From NCBI GenBank assembly GCA_041609895.1, contig JBFIPX010000002.1:1-60735 (forward strand): 60,735 bases of DNA, read 5' to 3'. This DNA is from Rhodothermales bacterium (GTDB lineage Bacteria; Bacteroidota; Rhodothermia; Rhodothermales; JABDKH01). Within the stretch, counting starts at the first letter, position 1; the number at the start of each line of letters is the position of its first letter. Positions 1-8,856 of the stretch are shown here, piece after piece. Below the pieces are notes generated by a model. That model was not told where the DNA came from. It searched no databases and saw nothing but the letters and a program-made list of their open reading frames with translations. Position numbers and translations under genes: made by a program.

Positions 1-901
1 GCCGCGGACTCAGAACATCCAACGTGGATGGCGGGCGACTCAGGCGCAGCGTCTCAAGGTCGGTTGTGATTGTGCTTCGGTCGCGCCAGCCCGAAAGCAC
101 TCCAGCCCTTAGCGACGTGTTATCGTTAACTCTGAGTGATGCTAGCGCGTGAACGGTTGACTCACGCAGGCCGGTGTAGGGCTGAATGCCTGTGTTGTCG
201 CCCTGCGAACCGGCCCGAAGGTTACCGAGAATTCTGCCCAAGCCACCCACACGGTACCGCAGACGTCCCACTTGCCCGGACCCGCTTATCCGACCCGACC
301 AGCCCCTGTCGGCGCTCGAGAACTGCTGGCTCAGCTGTATCCGGCGCGGCGCTCCGATTGTCTGATCAACGGCTTCATCAAGGGCAGATCCGAGGTGCAG
401 ACCATCCGAAACCGGGTTCGAGCGACTCACATCCAAGCGACGTAAACCGTACACGACTTCACTGACCGCCGACTGATCGACAACGGCCAAAGGCAAAAGC
501 GACGGACCCTCGCGCATGGCGGAGTGCGTCAGCGGAATACCGTCATATGTAACGGCAACTCGTTTCGCACTTGCGCCCCGCAGAATAGGTATCCCTGATG
601 ACCTTCCCGCTTCGGGGGAGATGCTACCGATGAGTTCGGAGATGATCTCGGAGACGGGTCGAAGCGGTGAATGGTGCTGTCGAAGGCGCTCAAAACTGGT
701 CTGCTCCGCCGGCTCGTCGGGCGAGGCAGTCAACGGCTTGTTCTCGTCCGTCACCTCCTGCTTCGACATAAACAAAAGAGGCATCGCGGGCATCACATCA
801 ACCGGAGTCGCTCCGACGGAATCGTGAGGAGCCCCGCCGTCGTGTGGGGACGCGGCGGCGAGCTGGGACATCAGTTGTAGGACGACGAGGCAGTACAGCA
901 T
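1..901 (-). CDS. TonB-dependent receptor, N-terminal part (signal peptide plus plug-like region); 3' end lies beyond the window
   Basis: Not in the supplied ORF track because there is no stop codon inside the window. The reverse-strand frame opened by ATG (complement of cat 899-901) stays open for 300 codons down to position 2. It has a hydrophobic N-terminus (MLYCLVVLQLMSQLAAA) followed by a plug-like motif (GIPILRGASAKRVAVTYDGIPL). An in-frame TTG four codons upstream is an alternative start. Confidence 0.5.
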   Translation of the reverse strand, partial: MLYCLVVLQLMSQLAAASPHDGGAPHDSVGATPVDVMPAMPLLFMSKQEVTDENKPLTASPDEPAEQTSFERLRQHHSPLRPVSEIISELIGSISPEAGRSSGIPILRGASAKRVAVTYDGIPLTHSAMREGPSLLPLAVVDQSAVSEVVYGLRRLDVSRSNPVSDGLHLGSALDEAVDQTIGAPRRIQLSQQFSSADRGWSGRISGSGQVGRLRYRVGGLGRILGNLRAGSQGDNTGIQPYTGLRESTVHALASLRVNDNTSLRAGVLSGWRDRSTITTDLETLRLSRPPSTLDVLSPR

Positions 902-1428
902 GCGCGCTGACAAAGACGAAGATGAAAATCAGAATCCTCTTCCTGCTCAACGAGCGCGGAATCGTACCCTGTTCAAGAACCTGCCCGGCGGCGCTACTCG
1001 TTTTTGAACTGATGTTTACCAACGCGGCAAGATCGGCGAATGCGCTGGTACGAAGCAGCCCTCCTATGCAGGCTACCGTTTTGAACGGCCAAATATGGCC
1101 GATTTGCGGACTTGCTGACAACAAAAATCCGTGAAAGCTGCTCTTCTGATCCCCCCAAAGAGCCATTTTTGAGGGCTCGGACAGACTCACATACCAGTGG
1201 GGTCTCATGCCGGGATTCTCCTGTCATTCTATTCATCGCGGTACTCGCTGACCACTAACCCGACGGGCGCTAGACTTGCTGACAGGGCTTGCGTCGGTAG
1301 GCTGTTTCGACATCGCGAATGTTTCGACGTGATGGATCCGTCGACAAGGCGCGATGCCGATCCAGAGGTAGGAAGCGACAACCAATAGGAACCGCGTGGG
1401 GTATCCCGATCACGATTTGAACAGGACC

Positions 1429-1845
1429 ATGAAGTACAAACGAATCCTGCTACCCATCGATCTGACGGACAAGAACAGAGAAGCCGTTCATCAAGCGATA
1501 GAAATGGTCGACCGCAACGGCGGATCAATCACTCTTCTCCACGTCGTTGAAACGCTGGACCTCCCCTACGAAGAGATGCGGGACTTCTACGAGCAACTGG
1601 CTGACACGGCTTCGCGAAAGATGGAAGAGATCATCTCGCAAAACATGTCCGGCATACAGGCGCGCTATGAGGTCGTCTTCGGAAGACGAACACGTTCGAT
1701 CCTGTCCTTCGCGGCCGAGAACGGGAGCGACGTCATTATTCTCTCTTCACGTCGCTTCGACCCAGATGACGACAGCAGCGCTGTGATGACGATAAGTCAC
1801 CAGGTTTCGATCTTTGCGCCGTGCTCGGTGATGCTGCTGAAGTGA
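1429..1845 (+). CDS. Universal stress protein (UspA family)
   Basis: The ORF is 1396-1845. I start it at the ATG at 1429 (MKYKRILLPIDLTD...). Usp-like motifs are present: ILLPIDLTD, SITLLHVVE, DVIILSSRR, CSVMLLK. Confidence 0.8.
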   Translation: MKYKRILLPIDLTDKNREAVHQAIEMVDRNGGSITLLHVVETLDLPYEEMRDFYEQLADTASRKMEEIISQNMSGIQARYEVVFGRRTRSILSFAAENGSDVIILSSRRFDPDDDSSAVMTISHQVSIFAPCSVMLLK

Positions 1846-1963
1846 GTGTTCGTGGAACGGATGCGCCGACGGATCCGTCTCACTCGCGCGCCGCAAAAGC
1901 TACAACTTCGAACGCGGCCCTGGCGACAGGATCACTCCGACATCCGGCCACCGAACCAATCAG

Positions 1964-4294
1964 ATGGCGCGAACCTCTCAGCTGGCGAGCATCGGTAACA
2001 GAAAGGTCGAGCTCTCGAACCTGAAGAAGGTGCTGTTCCCCAAAGACGGAGTGATCAAAGCCGAAATCGTCCAGTACTACCTGACGATCGCCCCGACCAT
2101 CCTCAGGCACATCCGCGGAAGGGCGCTTACGCTGGTCCGCTACCCGGACGGAATCACCGGTGAGACGTTCTACCAGAAGAACCGCCCGGACTGGGCGCCG
2201 GACTGGGTCAAGTTCGTATCTCTCGGCGACGAGAAGAAGCTGGACTACATACTTGCAACCGAGGAAGCAACGCTCGTCTGGCTGGCGAATCTCGCCTGTA
2301 TCGAGTTGCACCAGCTGCACTCACGCAAGCCGCACCATGACAAACCGGACTACTTCGTCCTTGATCTGGACCCCCCCGAGGACTACCCCTTCGAGGATCT
2401 GCTCGAGATCGCGGGGAACCTGAAGAGGCATTGCGAGAAACTCGGCTATCACCCGTTTGCCAAGACAACAGGTCGCAAGGGGATTCACATCGTAATACCT
2501 ATCCAACCCAAATGGAGCTTTGGCGAGGCGTTCGAGGCAGCAAAGGATTTGGCAGAACCGTTTGTACGGGCCAACTCCGAATCGACAACCCTCCACATCA
2601 AGAAGGAGGCCCGAAAGGGACGGGTGCTTGTCGACATCTACCGAAATCGCGGAGGACAGTCGATCGTCTCGCCCTACAGCCTTCGTGGCTCACCGGGAGC
2701 GCCCGTCTCGATGCCCCTAAGCTGGGACAGGCTCTTCGCTCTCAAGTCGCCCGACGACTTTAACATTCACAACGCAGCCGAGCACGTTCTGTCAGAAGGC
2801 GATGCGTGGGAGGCCATTGGCGCTTATGCGGGTGACCTCCACACGAAGAGGAAGACCCCACCAAGGAAAAAGCGAAAGGGGAAATCCGACAAGCACAAGA
2901 CGCCGGAGCAACTTGCGGAATACGCGCGCAAACGTGAATTCAGCAAGACGCCGGAGCCCGAACCAATTGACGTGCTGGGCGAGGGCAACGCGTTCGTCGT
3001 CCACCGCCACCATGCGTCGCACTTGCACTACGACCTACGCCTCGAGGAAAATGGAACACTTCGATCGTGGGCAGTCCCACGAGGCATGCCTCCCCACCCG
3101 AAGCTGAAGCGTCTCGCCGTGGCGACCGAAGATCACCCGCTCGAGTATCTGAACTTCGAAGGGGTTATTCCCAAGGGTGAGTACGGCGCGGGACCGATGT
3201 GGATCTTCGCCCGCGGCAAATACGAGAAGACCAAGGAGAAGAAGGACGGCTTTTACTTCCGTCTCAACAGCCCGGAGCTGACGGCCGACTATCGAATCTA
3301 CGAAACAAGCAACCGGCAGTGGCTGCTAGAAAGACTCGACAACCCGCAGATCGACTGGTTGCACGACCAGATTGGATTCATGTTTGCTGAGCGCGTGCGT
3401 GAGGTGCCCGATGGCGATTTCATCTACGAGCTCAAGTGGGACGGAATCCGCGCCATGATTGTGCTCGATGAAGGCGAGATTACGATTCGAAGCCGCAACC
3501 ACCGGGACATCACCGAAAAATTTCCCGAGCTGCTTGTAGCCGAAGAGGCGTTCCGAAACACGTCCGGCGTCTTCGACGGAGAGATCGTCTGTCTGGACCA
3601 AGACGGGCGGCCCGACTTCCGGCAGATCATCAACCGCATCCAGCGTTCAGGTGAGGCGTCGATTCGTCGCGCATCCGAGAAACACCCTGCCCATTGCTAC
3701 CTGTTTGACTGCCTCTACCTCGACGGACGAGCACTGATCGGCGATCCGGTCGAACGGCGAAGAGCGTGGCTGGAGGACAGCGTGCGGCGGGACACCCCCT
3801 ATCGGGTGAGTGAGGCGCTGGAGGATGGACATGCCCTGTTCGAAGCAGTCAAGGAGATGGGTCTCGAAGGCATCGTAGCCAAGGAAAGGGGCAGCCGCTA
3901 CTATCCCGGAAGAAGGTCTCGCGTGTGGCTCAAGGTCAAGGTCAAGCAAACCGACGACTGCGTGATCCTTGGCTTCACCGAGGGACGAGGCGATCGAAGC
4001 AGCTTGTTTGGCGCGCTCCACATAGGGTGTTATGAAGACGGCGAACTCCTCTATCGGGGCAAAGTGGGAACGGGATTTGGTGCGCAGCTGATGAAGAGCA
4101 TCTACACCAAACTGAAGAAAATCCCGACGATTGATCGACCCATAGAGGAAAAACCTGCGGACGACGCGGAAACAACGTGGCTTGAGCCGCAGCTCTTTTG
4201 CGAGGTACAATACTCCCAGCTAACAAAAAACGGGACCTTCCGCGACCCCGTGTTCGTTCGACTTCGACCCGATCTTACGCCCGGTGACGTTTGA
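1964..4294 (+). CDS. ligD: Multidomain ATP-dependent DNA ligase LigD (polymerase/primase - 3'-phosphoesterase - ligase)
   Basis: 776-aa ORF with three recognisable regions. The N-terminus is primase-polymerase-like (VELSNLKKVLFPKDG, GRKGIHIVIP). The centre carries the phosphoesterase motif FVVHRHHASHLHYDLRLE. The C-terminus is a ligase with adenylation motif YELKWDGIRA. Ku lies immediately downstream. Confidence 0.93.
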   Translation: MARTSQLASIGNRKVELSNLKKVLFPKDGVIKAEIVQYYLTIAPTILRHIRGRALTLVRYPDGITGETFYQKNRPDWAPDWVKFVSLGDEKKLDYILATEEATLVWLANLACIELHQLHSRKPHHDKPDYFVLDLDPPEDYPFEDLLEIAGNLKRHCEKLGYHPFAKTTGRKGIHIVIPIQPKWSFGEAFEAAKDLAEPFVRANSESTTLHIKKEARKGRVLVDIYRNRGGQSIVSPYSLRGSPGAPVSMPLSWDRLFALKSPDDFNIHNAAEHVLSEGDAWEAIGAYAGDLHTKRKTPPRKKRKGKSDKHKTPEQLAEYARKREFSKTPEPEPIDVLGEGNAFVVHRHHASHLHYDLRLEENGTLRSWAVPRGMPPHPKLKRLAVATEDHPLEYLNFEGVIPKGEYGAGPMWIFARGKYEKTKEKKDGFYFRLNSPELTADYRIYETSNRQWLLERLDNPQIDWLHDQIGFMFAERVREVPDGDFIYELKWDGIRAMIVLDEGEITIRSRNHRDITEKFPELLVAEEAFRNTSGVFDGEIVCLDQDGRPDFRQIINRIQRSGEASIRRASEKHPAHCYLFDCLYLDGRALIGDPVERRRAWLEDSVRRDTPYRVSEALEDGHALFEAVKEMGLEGIVAKERGSRYYPGRRSRVWLKVKVKQTDDCVILGFTEGRGDRSSLFGALHIGCYEDGELLYRGKVGTGFGAQLMKSIYTKLKKIPTIDRPIEEKPADDAETTWLEPQLFCEVQYSQLTKNGTFRDPVFVRLRPDLTPGDV

Positions 4295-4333
4295 CCGCGG
4301 TCGTACGGTATCCAAACAACGAGAGACAATGCC

Positions 4334-5197
4334 ATGAGAGCAATCTGGAAAGGGCACATCCAGTTCTCGCTGGTCACCATCCCGATTCGCGTGTACAGCG
4401 CCATCGAATCTTCCGAGACGATACGCTTCAACCAACTACATGTTGAAGACTACGGACGAATCGCGTACGACAAGCGGTGCAAGAAGTGCAACAATGTGAT
4501 CTCGAACGAAGAGATCGTCAAAGGTTATGAGTACGAGCCCGACCAGTATGTGGTTGTTGAAAAGGAGGACCTTGACAAGCTGCGCGTGAAGAGCACTCGC
4601 ATCATCGAGATCCAGGGCTTCGTCGACGCCGAGGAAGTACATCCAACGATGTACGACACCCCTTATTTCGCTGGACCGGACGGTCTGGTAGGAGCCAAGA
4701 CGTACGCGCTGCTTTGCCAGACGCTAAGCGAGAGTAATAAGCTGGGCGTCGGCAAAGTGGTCCTTCGCGATCGCGAGAGTATCGTCCTTCTTTCGCCGCA
4801 AGGTCCCGGCCTCCTCATGCACAAGATCCGCTACCCCAACGAGCTGCGCGATATCAATCAGGTGCCGCAACTCGACGGCCTCGAAGCCGATAAGGAGCAG
4901 CTGAAATTGGCAGAGACTCTGGTCGAGTCAATGTCCATGTCTCTCGATGATATCGATCTCACCGACACATACACCGAAGCCGTGAAGGAGCTCGTGACAG
5001 CGAAAGCCGAAGGCAAGGAGATTGTGACGGTCGCCGAAGAGGAGCGTCCGGTGGTCGATATCATGACCGCCCTCAAAGAGAGCATCGATCAGGCCAAGTC
5101 GTCGAAGAAGCCAATGAAGAAAGCTACAGGCAAGAGCAAGACTGCCAAGAAGGCGGCAAGCTCCGCATCAAAGTCACGCAAGAAGAAAACCGCTTAG
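4334..5197 (+). CDS. ku: Non-homologous end joining protein Ku
   Basis: The N-terminus MRAIWKGHIQFSLVTIPIRVYSA is typical of bacterial Ku. There is a Lys-rich C-terminal tail. The gene starts 39 nt downstream of ligD on the same strand. Confidence 0.95.
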   Translation: MRAIWKGHIQFSLVTIPIRVYSAIESSETIRFNQLHVEDYGRIAYDKRCKKCNNVISNEEIVKGYEYEPDQYVVVEKEDLDKLRVKSTRIIEIQGFVDAEEVHPTMYDTPYFAGPDGLVGAKTYALLCQTLSESNKLGVGKVVLRDRESIVLLSPQGPGLLMHKIRYPNELRDINQVPQLDGLEADKEQLKLAETLVESMSMSLDDIDLTDTYTEAVKELVTAKAEGKEIVTVAEEERPVVDIMTALKESIDQAKSSKKPMKKATGKSKTAKKAASSASKSRKKKTA

Positions 5198-5215
5198 ACG
5201 GCGAAGTATTCCCAC

Positions 5216-5836
5216 ATGGCGAAGGTCTTACAGCTTCGTTCAAGTCGTCCCCAAAAGTTTGGCTACAAGAAGGCGCGCCGGCACTCCCGATCCGACGGTG
5301 CCGACAGCCAGCTGAACATTTTCGAACAGCCCGAGGCCGCGACAGCCCGGATCGTGCCGCTCGAAACAAACCTTCATCCGTTCGAGCGAGCACTCCTGTA
5401 TGATGAGCGGGGCAACCTGGCGCGAGCCACCGAAGGTTATCGGGAATCGATTTCTCACGGTGAGTATGTAGCCGACGCGTACTGTAACCTCGGTATTCTC
5501 GAATCCGAGCAGGGACGCATTAATGAGGCAATCGAGTGTTTCAAAAACTCGCTCAAGCACGATCCGGCCCTGTTCGAGACGCATTACAACCTCGCCAACG
5601 TGTATTTCGACCTCGGTGATTACCGACCGGCGCAGGTCCACTACGAAATAGGAGCCTCGATAGAGCCCGCCTACGCGAACCTATATTTCAATCTCGCTCT
5701 TACACTGGCGATGCAGGACGACTTCGAGCGTGCCGTCGAGGCGCTGGAGTCTTATCAACAACTATCGAGCAGTCCCGACGAGGACAAGACGGAAAAGCTC
5801 CTCGCAACCTTGCGCCAGTCGATCGGACGGACCTGA
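5216..5836 (+). CDS. Tetratricopeptide-repeat protein
   Basis: TPR-like helices are visible (AYCNLGILESEQGRINEAIECFKNSLKHDP, THYNLANVYFDLGDYRPAQVHYE, LYFNLALTLAMQDDFERAVEAL). The gene starts 18 nt after ku. Confidence 0.75.
   Translation: MAKVLQLRSSRPQKFGYKKARRHSRSDGADSQLNIFEQPEAATARIVPLETNLHPFERALLYDERGNLARATEGYRESISHGEYVADAYCNLGILESEQGRINEAIECFKNSLKHDPALFETHYNLANVYFDLGDYRPAQVHYEIGASIEPAYANLYFNLALTLAMQDDFERAVEALESYQQLSSSPDEDKTEKLLATLRQSIGRT
5786..5836. repeat. Left copy of a direct repeat (3' end of the TPR gene)
   Basis: 5786-5832 matches 10509-10555 over 47 nt with one mismatch (5810 t versus 10533 c). Both copies encode KTEKLLATLRQSIGRT followed by a stop. Confidence 0.9.
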
Positions 5837-5946
5837 TCGAATCCTGGCTTTGACCCGGAAGCCATAAGCCGCCGCTCGCAAGAATCCTGATCGCATTGGC
5901 TGCTTGGGGTTTGGCAAACGGTGTTGACGCCAGTGTTCTAATGAAT

Positions 5947-8061
5947 TCAAGCGGCGATAAGTCTGCGTACGGCCAGCATGGTCACGTCATCTGATAGTGG
6001 GGCGGTCCCGCAAAAGTCACTGATGGCGTCGTCGATTTCATTTAGTACGGCCTCTGGGCTCCGAGACGAACCGCCAACTCGCGATATGAGCCGATCAAGG
6101 CCGAAGAATTCACCCGCCCTGTTGCGCGCATCCGTAACACCATCGGTATAAGCGAATAGCAGGTCGCCCGGATGCATTCGAACACGTTGCACGCCAAACG
6201 TGACGCCCGACAACACGCCTACCGCGGGCCCCGTGGGCTTTAGTCTCCGCAGTCTGCGCGCACCGACTAGCAACGGCGGTTCGTGTCCTGCGTTGACGTA
6301 CGTCACATCTCCCGTCTCTTCATTCAGTAGAGCGAAGAACAACGACGCGAAAATCCGCGACGGCCTGTGAACGCGCTTGACATAATCGTTGGTCGATTTC
6401 AGTGACTCCTGAAGGATCGCTACCTCGGGATTATCACACTCGGGAAGATTGGATCCAACGCGTTCCGCCGACGTCCTCAGAAGACTCTGAAATAGCGCCA
6501 TGAAGAGGGCCGCCCCAACGCCCTTGCCGCATACGTCCACCACGACGATCCCCAGCAGCCCGGGGGCGGCATAGAACATGTCGTAGAAGTCCCCCGCCAC
6601 CTGCCATGCCGGCTTGAAACGGACGTCCGCCTCCCACCCGTCCGGGTGCGGCAACTCGGAAGGCAGAAATCCCATCTGGATGTTCCGACCGGTCTCAATT
6701 TCCTTGTGGAGACTCTTGGCGTATCGGCTCGCCTGTTCGCGTGCGGCATCGGCCTCTAGCCTCGCTGCCATAAGCTCGCGTTCGTACCGCCTCTCGTCGG
6801 TGACGTCGCGAAAAAACCATATTCGACCATAGCGGTGGCCGTCCTTGCTGACAACCGGCGCGCTGTACCGGTCAAGAATGCGACCGTCGACCATCACGAC
6901 CTCGTCACTGGCACGTTCATCGGGATTGCCGTACAGGTACGCTATCCGCTCCAGGAAAGCGTTCGGGTCCTGAATTTTATCCAAGGCATTCGCAAGTGCA
7001 GCCTCGTCCGACCCTGTTTCAAGAACCTCCGAGCTAAGGCCAAACATGTCGATGAACCGCTTGTTGAACGACAGGATGCGGCGGTCCGAGGACACCACAA
7101 GCATTCCGTCTATCAACGAGTCACTCTGTGCCTCAAGGAGTGTCTTTTGAAACGTCAGAATTTCCTCCGATCTCTTTCGCTCGGTGATATCGAGCAAAGA
7201 GGTCGCGAGGGCGAGCTCGCCATTGTAGACAAAACGCTGCACGGAAGCCGAAACCCAGCGAGCAGTGCCATCGACCTTACGGATCCTCAATTCCAGATCT
7301 CGTACCGAGCCGTGTTCGCGAAGGAGATCGACGACCTTATCGCGCTCGGCCGGATCATGGTAGAAGTCCACGGTACGTCTACCGGTAAGCGAGCCTGACT
7401 CCGCACCCAGCAGCATTTCAAGCCGCTCGTTGGCAAAGAGTATTCGTCCGTCTTCCAACCGACTGAGAAGAAGCGGTGTCGGACTGGCCTCCACGATTGC
7501 GCGGAAGCGCTGTTCTGCCTGCTCAAGATCTCGGGTGCGGCACTCGAGATCAGCCGTGCGTTGCCGGACGCGTTCCTCCAGCTCGTCATGCGCAGCCCGA
7601 AGGGCATCCGCCGCTTTCTTGCGATCGTCGATATTGCGTACGCTCGCAATGATGCGTTCCGCTCCAAGAAGACGCGCCCGGTTCAGCGACACCTCGACCC
7701 AGAACCGATTTCCCGTATGATGCCTTACCAACCACTCGAAACGTTGCGGCAATCCCGCCGCGGCGAGCTGTATATAGCGTCGCGCATGAAACATGTCGTA
7801 AGGCGGCTCTCCGACGCTGATCCCTCCCACGCCCAACGACTTTAGCTCATCCAGCGAGCACCCGTGTAGCTCGCACGCCTTGATATTGGCGTCCAGAATA
7901 GCTCCGGTCTCGATATCGTGAACAAACATCGCATCCCCTGCGAGATCGAATATTGTTCGATAACTCTCTTCGGACGTCCGAAGCGCTTCGGATGGATCGA
8001 CGAAGTTGGAATCCAAAATTGCGGTGGGCATTGCGCGCATCCCCAGCTTAGATAATCCCAT
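5947..8061 (-). CDS. PAS-domain sensor fused to a PP2C/SpoIIE-type serine phosphatase (RsbU-like)
   Basis: 704-aa ORF. It has several PAS-like segments (YRTIFDLAGDAMFVHD, RFRAIVEASPTPLLL) and coiled-coil linkers. The C-terminal PP2C motifs are GDFYDMF, VVDVCGKGVGAALFM, YVNAGHEPP and YTDGVTDA. The start could instead be an internal Met at 8040 or 8031. Confidence 0.85.
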   Translation of the reverse strand: MGLSKLGMRAMPTAILDSNFVDPSEALRTSEESYRTIFDLAGDAMFVHDIETGAILDANIKACELHGCSLDELKSLGVGGISVGEPPYDMFHARRYIQLAAAGLPQRFEWLVRHHTGNRFWVEVSLNRARLLGAERIIASVRNIDDRKKAADALRAAHDELEERVRQRTADLECRTRDLEQAEQRFRAIVEASPTPLLLSRLEDGRILFANERLEMLLGAESGSLTGRRTVDFYHDPAERDKVVDLLREHGSVRDLELRIRKVDGTARWVSASVQRFVYNGELALATSLLDITERKRSEEILTFQKTLLEAQSDSLIDGMLVVSSDRRILSFNKRFIDMFGLSSEVLETGSDEAALANALDKIQDPNAFLERIAYLYGNPDERASDEVVMVDGRILDRYSAPVVSKDGHRYGRIWFFRDVTDERRYERELMAARLEADAAREQASRYAKSLHKEIETGRNIQMGFLPSELPHPDGWEADVRFKPAWQVAGDFYDMFYAAPGLLGIVVVDVCGKGVGAALFMALFQSLLRTSAERVGSNLPECDNPEVAILQESLKSTNDYVKRVHRPSRIFASLFFALLNEETGDVTYVNAGHEPPLLVGARRLRRLKPTGPAVGVLSGVTFGVQRVRMHPGDLLFAYTDGVTDARNRAGEFFGLDRLISRVGGSSRSPEAVLNEIDDAISDFCGTAPLSDDVTMLAVRRLIAA

Positions 8062-8833
8062 GAGCCCGTAATTGCTCTATGAGGTCCTGCACGGCCATCC
8101 GCGTAAGGTCCGGCAGCAGCGAGTCGTCCGCAGCCGTGGAAGATCTCTTCCGAATGCCGAGAACCCAATATTCGTCGACCGTAACGCGAGACTTTGACCT
8201 GACCCGAACCTTCTCCTTCCAGCCCTGCCCGTTTGCACCAACGTATCGAACGCGCAGCTCCATTTCGGGCCGGCCCTTGGCTCGCACCTTACCTGTACTA
8301 AAGATTGCCCAAGAGGATTGATTAGCGTCGGCAACGGTCACGTCGACATGTATCTCCAGCGCTCCCGAGAAGCTCCCACCGCTCGCAACCTTCTCGACGT
8401 TTCCGACCGGGTAGCCGAACAAATACCTCACGTCGCCGCGCAGCGTATCCAGCGGAGCAATTTGGAACCCCGCATGATGGATCAGACCATCGGCCACAAT
8501 CGCATAGACGGAATCGAACGCCAGTTTCACCGGAGATGCGTCCGGATCGCGCAACGCACTGACTGCCTCCTCAGAGAGCCGATACGCCTCTCGGATGTCG
8601 ATGTACAACGGAAGTAGACCCTTCGCCTTGTCCGGGAAATCGGCCTCGATACCTTCCACGTCGATCAGGAGGCGAGCAACCGCTACGTCCCTCGAGGCCT
8701 GACCGGTTGCCGGCAATGCCGGAGACCCGAATAACACCACGTAGATGGTTGCTCGTAGCCAAGCCGACAAACAATAGCGATAGTTATTGCGGTTCTTCAT
8801 GATTGATCTCGAGTCGCTACGTATCGGGAGCAC
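8048..8833 (-). CDS. Hypothetical secreted protein
   Basis: 261-aa ORF with coding-like codon usage. The likely start is MKNRNNYRY at 8800, followed by a hydrophobic signal-like segment (IYVVLFGSPALPATGQA). Its stop overlaps the first ATG of the phosphatase gene. I recognised no family. Confidence 0.55.
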   Translation of the reverse strand: MLPIRSDSRSIMKNRNNYRYCLSAWLRATIYVVLFGSPALPATGQASRDVAVARLLIDVEGIEADFPDKAKGLLPLYIDIREAYRLSEEAVSALRDPDASPVKLAFDSVYAIVADGLIHHAGFQIAPLDTLRGDVRYLFGYPVGNVEKVASGGSFSGALEIHVDVTVADANQSSWAIFSTGKVRAKGRPEMELRVRYVGANGQGWKEKVRVRSKSRVTVDEYWVLGIRKRSSTAADDSLLPDLTRMAVQDLIEQLRAHGII

Positions 8834-8856
8834 CTTACGGGACGCTCCCGATTACT

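Noticed and set aside
405-425. T-loop-like string gggttcgag suggesting a tRNA.
   Set aside because: The flanking bases cannot form a T-stem or a cloverleaf, and the site lies inside the receptor coding frame.
902-1428. Search for a riboswitch (cobalamin or TPP type) in the 527-nt spacer upstream of the TonB-dependent receptor. A stretch caagaacctgcc vaguely resembles a B12 box.
   Set aside because: The B12-box-like string is on the + strand, which is the wrong orientation for the receptor gene. It has an extra base relative to the consensus I remember, and the other conserved cobalamin-riboswitch elements are not evident.
3647-4210. 187-aa reverse-strand ORF inside ligD. The same pattern occurs at 1880-2320 and 2321-2596.
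   Set aside because: It is fully antisense to a motif-rich, confidently assigned gene. It has Arg/Ala/Gly-rich shadow-frame composition typical of high-GC DNA and no recognisable motifs.
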